Source of the DNA: a virus
Length of the DNA stretch: 64,000 nucleotides
Reading direction: 5' to 3' (one strand)
IMG/VR virus record: IMGVR_UViG_3300005098_000017
Location: 32,001 to 96,000 of that record
Shown: positions 9,698 through 18,577 of the stretch, one piece after another
Layout of the letters: each line of letters starts with the position of its first letter
Position numbering within the stretch: the first letter of the stretch is position 1
Translations under genes and position numbers: made by a program
The notes under the pieces: model-generated
The model's input: only the letters and a program-made list of their open reading frames with translations
Told to the model about the DNA's origin: nothing
Database searches by the model: none

Positions 9698-9710
9698 CCG
9701 CAAAATTGAC
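9698..9710 (-). promoter_or_regulatory. GTCAAT-N4-CGG motif
   Basis: GTCAATTTTGCGG, followed by TAACTAAA as at 13001. Confidence 0.55.
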
Positions 9711-9726
9711 CAAAAAAATTTACGGT

Positions 9727-11703
9727 CTACTTATTAGGCCGCCAGCCTGACGCTGTCTTGAATGCGTAGAACAAGCTCTTCGCCTCCTCTTTACTTATAC
9801 CGTTCTTTATCGCGATCTGCTCGATGACCAGATCCTCGTTAGCAGGAAGAGGAACGATATCAATCTCGGATGGATCCTTATCGTCTCTGAATCTGATGAA
9901 GCGCGGCGCCCTTAGTGCTTCCTTGCCAAGATCCATCGCGCGGACTTCGATGACTCTTCCTTTATATTTCTCAGGATGGAGCCACATGTCATCCCTTATT
10001 TCATCTGTGAAGCCGGAGCCGACCATCGCGACTACTTTACCCGTAGCATCAGCTGCTGCTACCTTCCCTGCGGAGTTAGATAATCTTCCTGTACCGGGCA
10101 GAATATCAACGATCTTCAGATCATAGGTATCGAATCTTTTTATCTTGTACCACTTATCCTCTCTTGGCAATCCGTTAGGATCCTTTATAACGATGCCTTC
10201 ACCCAGTGGCAGATCGTCATCGATCATATCGCGGAAGAAGTCGGCGGCCTTATCAGGATCACTGGACTTGAAGTGTATCATCTTTGGCACCGTGAACATC
10301 CTCTTGGTCGCGGCTTCAGGTATTTGGTATTTACCATAATAACTCTCATTAAGAAGCCCGACGATATCCTCGTATATGGTTCTTCTTTCCATGTATGAAG
10401 CCGGCGCTGGTATCAGTACTCCGTCCTCTGTAGCCCATCCGATCCAGTCGAATACCATTAGTCGGATTAAGCCGCGCTCCTTCTGTGCAAGGACGGCATT
10501 CTCGGGACTCGCGTTGAGCATCCCGCTGAGGACATTAGCTCCATCAGGATGCCACAGCTCACCCCGCAGGACCATCCCCACCGCTCGCTCCGGTAGCCAT
10601 AAGCCCGCGCTCATGTGAGGAACATTACCCTCTCTGTGGATCGGATATCCCTCAACGGAATACCTTCTACTTACTACAGTAAGAGTAACAGGCACTCCAT
10701 CAGGCAGATAACCCTCATATTTGAGGAAGGCGCGCTTCAGTGCGTTAATCGCGGCTCTATCTAAGACTGGTTTGACTATAGCTGGCTGGCTTACTTTGAA
10801 CGACGGACCGGGATCCTGACCTCTCTTGGCAGCGGTGAAGACCTTGAGGACCCCGCCGATGGTCCCCACCGCCCGCCCCGCTTCTTCCCGCGGGCTTACT
10901 ATGATTTGATCCTCCGCCTTAAGAACCTCATACTCTCCTGTCTCGAAGAACGGTGCGTTTATTCTTATTATGAAGTTGGCACCATCGACCTTCCGCTCTG
11001 CGATAAGCTCCTTACCTTCCTCGACTCTCTTGGTGACATCCTCCGCTGTTTCGAGGGCTTCATACACTCGCCTCGGGAACCATAATTCCGTAAATCCAGA
11101 ATGACGGATCGCGATATAATTTTTATCTGACACCTTGATGAACTCCCACCAGCCGGACCACGGCTGGTCTGTTCTATATGGTGTGAATACCTCAACAGAT
11201 TTCAGGTTGGATCTTACTACGCCCGGACTTTGGTATTCGATGGTCATTAAGCCGGCGCCGTATTGCCCTTCGGGGATTTCACCTTCGAAGTCCTCTGCTA
11301 GGATTTTATGATCCTGGGATCTTATCACATTTGTTTTCCATCCGCTTGGTTTCTTAGGATTATCGTCAGCATGAAGCGGCGGCTTCTTCTTGAACACGAA
11401 CGATATCAGTCTTTCGCTAGCACTTTTGAGGAGGCGCTGGCTCCGTGTCACAGGATATCTGAACCGGAAGTCCCAGTGAAGCCCCGCCGCCCGCGCCTCA
11501 TGCCTATGCACCGTTACCCTAGTAGGATATGGTTTCAGAGGTCGCAGCTCCATGTTCTTCTTATAGAGCGCCCGCTTAGTGGACCCTTTAATAACACGCT
11601 TTGCGGCTATCTGCGTATACGCTTTAATGAGACCGTTAGTAACAGCCTTATGCAGGAGAGCACCGGTTATCTTCGTACCAAGGGTTGCTGCTATGTGCCA
11701 CAT
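9727..11703 (-). CDS. ATP-dependent DNA ligase fused to an N-terminal LigD-type 3'-phosphoesterase domain
   Basis: PE: HEARAAGLHWDFRF, DH...FEGEIPEGQYGAG; ligase: ERKVDG, GEL, FD, EGIVIK, WYKIK, VGSGF, RAPRFIRFRDDK. Confidence 0.9.
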   Translation of the reverse strand: MWHIAATLGTKITGALLHKAVTNGLIKAYTQIAAKRVIKGSTKRALYKKNMELRPLKPYPTRVTVHRHEARAAGLHWDFRFRYPVTRSQRLLKSASERLISFVFKKKPPLHADDNPKKPSGWKTNVIRSQDHKILAEDFEGEIPEGQYGAGLMTIEYQSPGVVRSNLKSVEVFTPYRTDQPWSGWWEFIKVSDKNYIAIRHSGFTELWFPRRVYEALETAEDVTKRVEEGKELIAERKVDGANFIIRINAPFFETGEYEVLKAEDQIIVSPREEAGRAVGTIGGVLKVFTAAKRGQDPGPSFKVSQPAIVKPVLDRAAINALKRAFLKYEGYLPDGVPVTLTVVSRRYSVEGYPIHREGNVPHMSAGLWLPERAVGMVLRGELWHPDGANVLSGMLNASPENAVLAQKERGLIRLMVFDWIGWATEDGVLIPAPASYMERRTIYEDIVGLLNESYYGKYQIPEAATKRMFTVPKMIHFKSSDPDKAADFFRDMIDDDLPLGEGIVIKDPNGLPREDKWYKIKRFDTYDLKIVDILPGTGRLSNSAGKVAAADATGKVVAMVGSGFTDEIRDDMWLHPEKYKGRVIEVRAMDLGKEALRAPRFIRFRDDKDPSEIDIVPLPANEDLVIEQIAIKNGISKEEAKSLFYAFKTASGWRPNK

Positions 11704-11704
11704 A

Positions 11705-11914
11705 TTATGACCTCCTTGCTAGATCTTCTATATCATCACGGATCATCGCGAGGAACCTATACAGGTCGTCTGCAGATGCTTCGCCTCTTTCGTACTTATC
11801 CAGAAGTGTGACGATTGACTTTCTTAGTTCTATCAGGAAATCGGCGGCTTCATTATCAAACGAGACGGATGTGGCAGCTAGCTCTAACGCCCTATTTATA
11901 TCTATTTTACTCAC
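11705..11914 (-). CDS. hypothetical protein
   Basis: coupled ORF. Confidence 0.6.
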   Translation of the reverse strand: MSKIDINRALELAATSVSFDNEAADFLIELRKSIVTLLDKYERGEASADDLYRFLAMIRDDIEDLARRS

Positions 11915-12132
11915 TTCGTTCTCCCCGTGAGTTTATCAGCCATCTTCGCGGCACATTTTATACAGTACGGCCCGAAGGTTTTTTCGGTCTGAAACGCTCG
12001 ATAGTCATCCTCATCATCGCTGGTTTTTCTTATGTTACCAGCAACGATGAGGAATGCGAGGTCCTTCGGACCATAATTTTTACCACATATTTTACATTTC
12101 CATTTTTTGTTTTTCTTGAATAGCATACTCAT
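11911..12132 (-). CDS. small Zn-finger protein
   Basis: CKIC...CIKC, AGGAGG RBS. Confidence 0.65.
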   Translation of the reverse strand: MSMLFKKNKKWKCKICGKNYGPKDLAFLIVAGNIRKTSDDEDDYRAFQTEKTFGPYCIKCAAKMADKLTGRTK

Positions 12133-12188
12133 CCTCCTTTTCAGGTGAGGCCCCGCTCCTGCCCCACCCCGCCGCCCCCATCAGCTTA

Positions 12189-12626
12189 TTAAGCTTCTTG
12201 GGCGGCCTTCTTCATCGCATAAAATTCCTTGAGCTCTTTTGCGCTCAAGCCCAGCTTAACAGCACCAGTCATAATAACAGGCACCGATACCACAGGTGGC
12301 GCCATCGTTGCGATGATAGCACCAGTTATAGCTCTTCCTACATTCAGCATGGATTTCAGCGTGTAATGTTTTATGTCTTTACATTCCTCAGGTCTTATAT
12401 CCTTGGTTAACGCCGTACTTCCGAGGACGACCTTGGCAACGGGCCCAACGATCGGCAGCAATGTCAGGCCAGCGCCGATAGCCATGGTTGGCTTATCGGC
12501 CTCTATGATCGCGTTTCTTGCCGTTTGATATTTTTCCTTTATGAAGCCGCGGCTTCTTTCTGCTATATCCTTTATCTTTTCGCGCGGCTTCACCTTCTTT
12601 ACTTTCATAGCGAGTTTCTTTACCAC
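12189..12626 (-). CDS. putative membrane protein
   Basis: hydrophobic segments, AAGGAGG RBS. Confidence 0.65.
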   Translation of the reverse strand: MVKKLAMKVKKVKPREKIKDIAERSRGFIKEKYQTARNAIIEADKPTMAIGAGLTLLPIVGPVAKVVLGSTALTKDIRPEECKDIKHYTLKSMLNVGRAITGAIIATMAPPVVSVPVIMTGAVKLGLSAKELKEFYAMKKAAQEA

Positions 12627-12627
12627 A

Positions 12628-12972
12628 TTACACCTCCTTGCTTCTGATTTTTATTAGCTCCTCCTCTATTTTTATATCAGGATCCATCACAAAGAAGATG
12701 AGGCGCGCGTACCTGTTAACAGGATAATCAGGATAACCACCGATTGTTTCCCATGTGTGCAGACATATTATATATGTATCGCTTTTATACACGACCTCAA
12801 GCTCATCATATGTGCAACAGTCTCTTAGCATGTTACCAGAATTAGCTATCCATCTCTGTCCTACTTCTGCTTTTTCTAGGTCACTCCATGTAATCGTAAT
12901 CTCATCGCCCTCTCCATTATAGTCGAGGGCCGCGAGTCTGAATGCAATGTTCTGCTGCACTGTTTCTACCAT
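12628..12972 (-). CDS. hypothetical protein
   Basis: RBS, preceded by motif at 13001. Confidence 0.7.
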   Translation of the reverse strand: MVETVQQNIAFRLAALDYNGEGDEITITWSDLEKAEVGQRWIANSGNMLRDCCTYDELEVVYKSDTYIICLHTWETIGGYPDYPVNRYARLIFFVMDPDIKIEEELIKIRSKEV

Positions 12973-13000
12973 CCTAATACCTCCTTGTTTGTTTTAGTTA

Positions 13001-13013
13001 CCACTAAATTGAC
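13001..13013 (-). promoter_or_regulatory. GTCAAT-N4-TGG motif
   Basis: GTCAATTTAGTGG, 15 nt before AGGAGG. Confidence 0.65.
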
Positions 13014-13025
13014 ACCCGCCGGGCT

Positions 13026-13217
13026 TCACTCCTCCTCATATTCCTCCTTGTAGTATTTTTCCTGATCCGGTAACAATTCTACCAATGTCCCGCAGTATAC
13101 GCATTCATATGGAGGGTTGTCGATCCTGGCATTTTTTCCCGTCCACATTCCACACACAGGACATATCACATTGCCTGTAACGCTTACATCACCTATAACG
13201 GCGATTTTTTCACACAT
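13026..13217 (-). CDS. Zn-ribbon protein (start revised to MCEK)
   Basis: AAGGAGG before ATG at 13217; CPVC...CVYC. Confidence 0.65.
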   Translation of the reverse strand: MCEKIAVIGDVSVTGNVICPVCGMWTGKNARIDNPPYECVYCGTLVELLPDQEKYYKEEYEEE

Positions 13218-13396
13218 TTTTACCTCCTTCCTGCCTTTTTCCTTACTGTTAAACATTATCCTGCGGGGCTTCCGCCCCCACCGCCCGCCCCTTAAAGGCG
13301 GCGGCTTCTTATGTCCTCTGACCCTATGATACACAATATAAACGATGCTGCTAATAATGGTAACACAGCGAGTAACATCTTGATCCTCCTTTTGTG

Positions 13397-13669
13397 TCAG
13401 ATCGATTCCTTTTTCTTCCCAAGCAGTGCACTCAGTTGGATGTATATGCTTATAAGAACGCTCGCGATTAACCCTATTATCATGCCGGTTACCCCGACGA
13501 ACAGGGTAACCCCAACAGCTACCAGAATGCAGCTGATAGCGAAGTCTCTTAAGTAGCGATTATCCTTGAGTCCCTTTATCAGCCCTCGTTTCTTTATCTG
13601 TTTCAGTCCTTTCGTCAGACTTATATACATCCATACTAAGCCCGCGGCTGCTATCAAATATAACAGCAT
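13397..13669 (-). CDS. small membrane protein (start revised to MLLYL)
   Basis: AAGGAGG RBS, hydrophobic segments. Confidence 0.6.
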   Translation of the reverse strand: MLLYLIAAAGLVWMYISLTKGLKQIKKRGLIKGLKDNRYLRDFAISCILVAVGVTLFVGVTGMIIGLIASVLISIYIQLSALLGKKKESI

Positions 13670-13696
13670 GATCACACCTCCTTGCTTTTTTATTCG

Positions 13697-13709
13697 CCAT
13701 TTGATTGAC
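13697..13709 (-). promoter_or_regulatory. GTCAAT-N4-TGG motif
   Basis: GTCAATCAAATGG, 13 nt before AGGAGG. Confidence 0.65.
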
Positions 13710-13979
13710 CGAGCGGTTATGATATCATGGCCGCCAATGCTTCGGTGGCTTCCGGCGGCCCTTCTTTTTCTTTCTCTTGTCCTCAAACACCCTGCCCGGC
13801 TTAATGGGACCGATTACCTCCCTTGATAGGTATTTAATCATTTTCAGCACTTCGCTGCCGGGCTTCTTTCCTTTGCGGCGCTTCCTCTTGCTCATTACCC
13901 ACCGCCTTTGCGAAAAGGGGGGAGGGGGCCCCAAACATCAGGACCTCCTCCCATCTGCTCTGGCTACCCTCAGCTATTC

Positions 13980-14363
13980 TTAAAACGGCGCTTCCTCGTT
14001 ATCTTCCTCCTCAACTGGCTCAGGTGTGGATGCAGGCCTGCTCCGATGCCAGCTCGGACGCATGAACTCACCGATCGCTACTTTACATATCATTTGGAAC
14101 ACTGGAAGGGTGCAGATCTTGGTCTTGCCAAGCTTCACAACCTTACCATCGGATGTGAGGGTCTTGATGGTACCATCGTTTCTTTCATGCATAATTTTCC
14201 ACTCAGGTTTCGCTGCGCACATGGCAACCTCGGTACCATTTAGGCTGATAGAATTTCTGATAGCGTTATTGCTTGTTGAGCGGAGCATGATGAACAACCT
14301 GTTAGGACGTCTTTGAACACTAATACCACAATACGTCTTGTCAGTAATACGGAAGGTAAACAC
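13980..14363 (-). CDS. possible SSB-like protein with acidic C-terminal tail
   Basis: ends EEEDNEEAPF, like bacterial SSB tails. Confidence 0.45.
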   Translation of the reverse strand: MFTFRITDKTYCGISVQRRPNRLFIMLRSTSNNAIRNSISLNGTEVAMCAAKPEWKIMHERNDGTIKTLTSDGKVVKLGKTKICTLPVFQMICKVAIGEFMRPSWHRSRPASTPEPVEEEDNEEAPF

Positions 14364-14389
14364 GCTACACCTCCTTTCTTTTTGGTTTT

Positions 14390-14402
14390 CCAGTTGATTG
14401 AC
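14390..14402 (-). promoter_or_regulatory. GTCAAT-N4-TGG motif
   Basis: GTCAATCAACTGG before AGGAGG. Confidence 0.65.
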
Positions 14403-14407
14403 TATGC

Positions 14408-14788
14408 TTAATTTTGGTTTCCATCTCCCTCGTGTGGACAGTAATATATTTTTACATAGTCGTAGATTCTGCCAAGGCTGTCGCCATAGTCTTTTCTGAA
14501 GATCAGCATTCCGCCTCTGCCGAGCTTGAACCTGACTGTCCTCTTCTTACATTGCGCAAGCCCCGAACTCCAGGAGCGTTCGTGTTTCTCTACGATTTTA
14601 TAGTTTCCTGCTAGGATTCTGGAGTCGGCGCTGAAATTAGCGCCCATTCCGTCCAATTCCTCGACCTCGTGCTCCTCTTCTTTTCCGCATATTTCAATTA
14701 TTATCTCTACGTTCCCCTTTTCCCAGGATTCCCAAGGAAGATCTGGGTACCTTGTCTTGGCTTTTTCTATTACCTTTTTCCTTTCCAT
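14408..14788 (-). CDS. hypothetical protein
   Basis: RBS and upstream motif. Confidence 0.7.
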   Translation of the reverse strand: MERKKVIEKAKTRYPDLPWESWEKGNVEIIIEICGKEEEHEVEELDGMGANFSADSRILAGNYKIVEKHERSWSSGLAQCKKRTVRFKLGRGGMLIFRKDYGDSLGRIYDYVKIYYCPHEGDGNQN

Positions 14789-14815
14789 TTTACCTCCTTT
14801 CTTTGTTTTTTAATA

Positions 14816-14828
14816 CCATTAAATTGAC
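14816..14828 (-). promoter_or_regulatory. GTCAAT-N4-TGG motif
   Basis: GTCAATTTAATGG before AGGAGG. Confidence 0.65.
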
Positions 14829-14989
14829 TTTTTGAGGTAGAATGGTAGCGCTATTAGTCCAGCAATGAGGCCGCCGCATTGGGCAGCTGTTACATTGCCA
14901 GTTAAGATCGCAATGAGAAGTGATGTTGGGAATGCAACCGCGAAGCCGACGGCTGCTCCCCTTAATGAGGCTCTTAATACTCTCTTCAT
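14819..14989 (-). CDS. 56-aa membrane peptide (not in ORF track)
   Basis: AAGGAGG then MKRVLRASLRGAAVGFAVAF...YLKKSI. Confidence 0.6.
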   Translation of the reverse strand: MKRVLRASLRGAAVGFAVAFPTSLLIAILTGNVTAAQCGGLIAGLIALPFYLKKSI

Positions 14990-15255
14990 TTCCCCTCCTT
15001 GTTGATAAACGAGCGCACTGTGGTTATCAATCTCTCCTTAGCCTCCTCGGCGCGCTCCTTAATCTCTTTCTGTCCTATCCTTTTCAATCTCAGGAATCGG
15101 AAGAATCCTATGACTCCAACCGCTGCTAACACGGCACCCACTGTGCCGCCTAACAACAACGCCAATATAGCGGTAACCCAGCATGCAAAGTCGGGCTCAT
15201 CGCTGATTATGTATGGTGCGAAGTAAGCAGGGATGGCCAATATGATCCTATGCAT
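14986..15255 (-). CDS. small membrane protein
   Basis: RBS, hydrophobic. Confidence 0.65.
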   Translation of the reverse strand: MHRIILAIPAYFAPYIISDEPDFACWVTAILALLLGGTVGAVLAAVGVIGFFRFLRLKRIGQKEIKERAEEAKERLITTVRSFINKEGK

Positions 15256-15345
15256 TTTTACCTCCTTCTGATGAGAACATCATAGCTATTATCGTGCCTA
15301 GACAAAAGCCTAGCAAAAAGCTAATATATCCTATATATTCCGGGA

Positions 15346-15537
15346 TCATAGTTCTCTTACCTCCGCTTTTATGTTTTCGAGTCCCTCCTTCTCAATCTTT
15401 TTTACCATGTTTCTGAGGCGGGTTATCATTACCCACCTCCGTATTTCATTGATGATTATGCCGATTCCGATGGCTATGAGGAACAACCCAGCAACTACCA
15501 TTGTGCTTTTTGCAGCTATATCCATTAGAACTACCAT
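15346..15537 (-). CDS. small membrane protein
   Basis: RBS, N-terminal TM segment. Confidence 0.65.
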   Translation of the reverse strand: MVVLMDIAAKSTMVVAGLFLIAIGIGIIINEIRRWVMITRLRNMVKKIEKEGLENIKAEVREL

Positions 15538-15729
15538 TTATACCTCCTTTGACTCCAATAATGCTTTCTGAAGCGCGTCTATGATGAATTGCGCTTCGTG
15601 ATTCCATAACTTCTGGACGAAGATAGCACCGTCCCGATAGTTGATAAACGAGATCATGATCTTCCGAGGGTCATACTTGTCATTAACCGTTTGCACCGAT
15701 ATCTCGAGATCTTCTGATTTATACTCCAT
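15538..15729 (-). CDS. hypothetical protein
   Basis: RBS and upstream motif. Confidence 0.65.
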   Translation of the reverse strand: MEYKSEDLEISVQTVNDKYDPRKIMISFINYRDGAIFVQKLWNHEAQFIIDALQKALLESKEV

Positions 15730-15753
15730 TATTATTACCTCCTTTTTTTTATT

Positions 15754-15766
15754 CCATCAGATTGAC
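15754..15766 (-). promoter_or_regulatory. GTCAAT-N4-TGG motif
   Basis: GTCAATCTGATGG before AGGAGG. Confidence 0.65.
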
Positions 15767-15883
15767 CCTCCTCCCCTCCTTGGTATGGCGGGGCTTATGG
15801 TGGGACAAGGGGAGAGAGCTTGGTGAGGGAGACCTTTTAAGGGATCAAGGTGGGAGAGGGGAGGAGAGCCGTGTTAATCCCTC

Positions 15884-16123
15884 TTACTTATAATGTATTT
15901 TGATTAGAGCCTGCTTTCCATACTTCCATCTAAGCCTCCGCTTCAGTTCACTAACGTCCGCAGCAAAAACCTCGTGGAGGCCGTCAGTTCTGGTAAACTT
16001 CCAGCATTTTATGTTACCAACCTGTGTCGGTTTCCCGTGTGGAACATAAGCATGTACTGTCTCCTTCGTCCTCACGGAGATTATATCTATGTTTTTTACT
16101 AACGGATAAAATTTCAACGACAT
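15884..16123 (-). CDS. hypothetical protein (start revised to MSLKFY)
   Basis: AAGGAGG RBS downstream of pseudoknot. Confidence 0.65.
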   Translation of the reverse strand: MSLKFYPLVKNIDIISVRTKETVHAYVPHGKPTQVGNIKCWKFTRTDGLHEVFAADVSELKRRLRWKYGKQALIKIHYK

Positions 16124-16148
16124 AGAATACCTCCTTTTTTTTAATGTG

Positions 16149-16201
16149 AAGCCCGCCATTAAATCGAAGCGCGCAACCCGGCGGGCTTAGGTCGCGCGCT
16201 T
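16149..16201 (-). ncRNA. 5'-UTR H-type pseudoknot PK1
   Basis: stem AAGCGCGCGACC/GGUUGCGCGCUU; loop AAGCCCGCC pairs with GGCGGGCUU. Confidence 0.7.
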
Positions 16202-16214
16202 ATTTTTTATTCCA

Positions 16215-16227
16215 CCATTTTATTGAC
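16215..16227 (-). promoter_or_regulatory. GTCAAT-N4-TGG motif
   Basis: GTCAATAAAATGG just upstream of PK1. Confidence 0.65.
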
Positions 16228-16886
16228 TATAGCCAGTCGACTTTAGCATATGGCTTGCCGTTTACATACCACCTCTTCTCGGACGTTATGAGCACGGTTT
16301 CATAGCGCTCAAGTGGGTAATCGTTACGCTCCCTCACCACGACAGCTTTAGGCTCAGGGATGATGGCATCGGTACCATGTGGAGGTGTGGGAGGGAAAAT
16401 TGAAACGAGCTGACGTGGAAGGATGACAAGAGAAAGGTGTTTGCCTTTCTGTTTGATGCGACTCCTGATGGTCTTCTCGAGACCCTTCTCGACGATTACG
16501 TAGCCATACGAATCCGCAGCCTCCTGGGCGAGTGTGTTCGCCATTTTATTCCCTGTTCTGGCTGTGTGTTTTACAATAACCTCCTTATGCTGGTTATCAG
16601 CGTAGTACCTAGCCAGCTCATATAATTCCATAAGCTCAGGCTTCTTAATATCATATTCTTGGTTAAACTGCTTCACCACTAACTGTGAGTCGCTGTGTAT
16701 TGTGGTATCACCCTGGATGTACTGGCTAATGTATGTCGCAAGAACTAGTGCTGCCCATTCAGCCTCGTTGTTTGTTGCCTCCCCAATGGGTATTGATAGT
16801 GATATACCAACCTCCGGAATATATATCCCAATCCCAGCGGGACCGGGATTGCCTTTTGATGAGCCATCAATGTAAATGTTAGTCAT
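16227..16886 (-). CDS. rnhA: ribonuclease HI with C-terminal extension
   Basis: [31 protein letters not shown] (last Asp replaced by Asn). Confidence 0.85.
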   Translation of the reverse strand: MTNIYIDGSSKGNPGPAGIGIYIPEVGISLSIPIGEATNNEAEWAALVLATYISQYIQGDTTIHSDSQLVVKQFNQEYDIKKPELMELYELARYYADNQHKEVIVKHTARTGNKMANTLAQEAADSYGYVIVEKGLEKTIRSRIKQKGKHLSLVILPRQLVSIFPPTPPHGTDAIIPEPKAVVVRERNDYPLERYETVLITSEKRWYVNGKPYAKVDWL

Positions 16887-16900
16887 AATACCTCCTTTAT

Positions 16901-17323
16901 TTATGGTTTAACTTTTCGTAAGCCGAGGCAACCTATCGGTCGTATGCTTCCACTGCTGGTCTTTTCATATACAGGATGAGCAATCGTGTATAACTTGTCT
17001 ACGTTAGGTAGGTTGAGAGCAACTGCTGCAGAAGCATATTGATTACTAACAATTATTATATCAGCATCATCAGGGATGGGATCAATATCCTGCACCCTCT
17101 GTGTTATAACTGGGATCATAACCTCATCGTTCACTGGACATTCGTAAAAGATGCTCGGAAGTAATTCAGTTTCATGATGGACGTTCAGAAGGGTTCCAGA
17201 GGGTGGAATTATGATAACTAGCTTGGTTTTTCCAGGTTCTATGAAGTATTTCCTGTGTTCACTTATGTAAACAGCATCCTCAAAAATACATATCTCGTGA
17301 GGAGTGCAGTTTAAGATTTTCAT
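16901..17323 (-). CDS. conserved phage hypothetical protein
   Basis: ILNCTPHEI...IPPSG...IIVS...IGC pattern; RBS. Confidence 0.75.
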   Translation of the reverse strand: MKILNCTPHEICIFEDAVYISEHRKYFIEPGKTKLVIIIPPSGTLLNVHHETELLPSIFYECPVNDEVMIPVITQRVQDIDPIPDDADIIIVSNQYASAAVALNLPNVDKLYTIAHPVYEKTSSGSIRPIGCLGLRKVKP

Positions 17324-17345
17324 TACATACCTCCTTTTATTAGGC

Positions 17346-17404
17346 GGGCCTCATTACACCCCATGCAGAGCAGCAGGGCGAGGCCCTTAACCCTGAAGCT
17401 CTGC
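17346..17404 (-). ncRNA. 5'-UTR H-type pseudoknot PK2
   Basis: stems GCAGAGC/GCUCUGC and CAGGGU/GCCCUG; loop GGGCCUC pairs with GAGGCCC. Confidence 0.6.
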
Positions 17405-17419
17405 GAAGAAAGAGAGCTA

Positions 17420-17752
17420 TTAGGACAAGCGTTCTGCTTCCTGTCTAATCCGAACGGCATCCCTTACTACCTCTAACAGCGAAGGCGGTATAACCCTATT
17501 GTTCGAGGTTTTCCCAGTGCGCAAATCAACTGCGACAGCACAATCATGCTCGTAAAAGTATACTATATCCCCATCCGGGAAGAATGTTCCATTAGCAGTA
17601 GCAACATTATAAATCAGATCGTTGGTGTATTCGCCGGGATCGCGATATGGTGTATAATGATCCTGAGCGTCCGGTGTTTCACAACCGGTAGTGCTTCTCA
17701 CACATACATCACACCTGCCACTTCTACACAGACGGCACTTATCAAATAACAT
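17420..17752 (-). CDS. Cys-rich hypothetical protein
   Basis: RBS downstream of PK3. Confidence 0.7.
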   Translation of the reverse strand: MLFDKCRLCRSGRCDVCVRSTTGCETPDAQDHYTPYRDPGEYTNDLIYNVATANGTFFPDGDIVYFYEHDCAVAVDLRTGKTSNNRVIPPSLLEVVRDAVRIRQEAERLS

Positions 17753-17778
17753 AATACCTCCTTATTTTAATGTTTTAT

Positions 17779-17833
17779 GCCCGCCATTAGAACCAAGCCA
17801 GGTGAGGCCGGCGGGCTTAGCCCTACCCGGCTT
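17779..17833 (-). ncRNA. 5'-UTR H-type pseudoknot PK3
   Basis: stem AAGCCGGGU/ACCUGGCUU; loop AAGCCCGCC pairs with GGCGGGC. Confidence 0.7.
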
Positions 17834-17842
17834 TTTTAATTT

Positions 17843-17855
17843 CCAGCTGATTGAC
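17843..17855 (-). promoter_or_regulatory. GTCAAT-N4-TGG motif
   Basis: GTCAATCAGCTGG upstream of PK3. Confidence 0.65.
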
Positions 17856-18221
17856 CTATACAAGAGATGGTCCAACTGCATCCTGAACCTGAGGCTTTCC
17901 ATACTCAAGCTTCCACCCATTCTTCGGTCGTAAATTTCTCTTGAACCATTCGAACCATGCACGATCCATGACAACGATCTTCTTACTTCTTCTGAATGCA
18001 ACTGCAATCCACTTGCGGTTACCAGTCCTGTTAATCCTGAAGAACCATACGATATCATTAGCATGTAGTTTACCACTGCGTACTAGCCTGGCCCACTGGC
18101 TGCTCTTCTCAGGATTCTGAGCAGCCAATACAAATGTGTAACTATTTTTCCACCTCGCTATAGAGGTGGTGCCTCCCAGAATCTTGGGGAGGTTGATTTT
18201 TAGAAACTGAGTCAATGACAT
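17856..18221 (-). CDS. basic hypothetical protein (start revised to MSLTQF)
   Basis: GAGGAGG RBS downstream of PK4. Confidence 0.7.
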   Translation of the reverse strand: MSLTQFLKINLPKILGGTTSIARWKNSYTFVLAAQNPEKSSQWARLVRSGKLHANDIVWFFRINRTGNRKWIAVAFRRSKKIVVMDRAWFEWFKRNLRPKNGWKLEYGKPQVQDAVGPSLV

Positions 18222-18245
18222 AATACACCTCCTCTTTTGGAGGTT

Positions 18246-18303
18246 GCCTGCCACTTTTACCCACAGATAAGGCGAGGCCGGCAGGCTTTACCCCGCCTTA
18301 TCT
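18246..18303 (-). ncRNA. 5'-UTR H-type pseudoknot PK4
   Basis: stem AGAUAAGGCG/CGCCUUAUCU; loop AAAGCCUGCC pairs with GGCAGGC. Confidence 0.7.
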
Positions 18304-18310
18304 TATCACT

Positions 18311-18323
18311 CCAGCTCATTGAC
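18311..18323 (-). promoter_or_regulatory. GTCAAT-N4-TGG motif
   Basis: GTCAATGAGCTGG upstream of PK4. Confidence 0.65.
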
Positions 18324-18412
18324 TCCATCACGAGCCAACAAGCCGGCCAAACCCTCCGGCACTCTTGCGGCACCGCTCCTCGCAGGCCGCACACAGGGGA
18401 GGAGAGGCTTGG

Positions 18413-18479
18413 GGAGGCCTCTTAGACCCTCTATGAGGGAGCTCCAGCGCCACGTCAAGGCGGGCCTCCAGTGCTGGAG
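18413..18479 (-). ncRNA. HDV/CPEB3-like ribozyme fold, copy A
   Basis: P1 CUCCAGC/GCUGGAG, P2 GGAGGCC/GGCCUCC, P3 GCC/GGC, L3 UUGACGU, P4 CCCUC/GAGGG, J4/2 UCUAA. Confidence 0.8.
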
Positions 18480-18577
18480 TAGCCCCCCGGTGCGGGGGCT
18501 TCATTTTTTTCACCTCCTTTCTAGCGGGATGAACTAGCCCGGCCATCTAGCCCATCCCGCGGTTTAAGGTTTAACCT

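Noticed and set aside
17341-17410. Twister or pistol ribozyme (UAAUGAGGC, GGUUAAGGGCC)
   Set aside because: Other core elements are absent; it fits the local pseudoknot family better
8958-18323. ATTGAC copies as + strand sigma70 -35 boxes
   Set aside because: No consistent -10 element, they would fire antisense to all genes, and the conserved CC(A/G) 4 nt upstream would be unexplained
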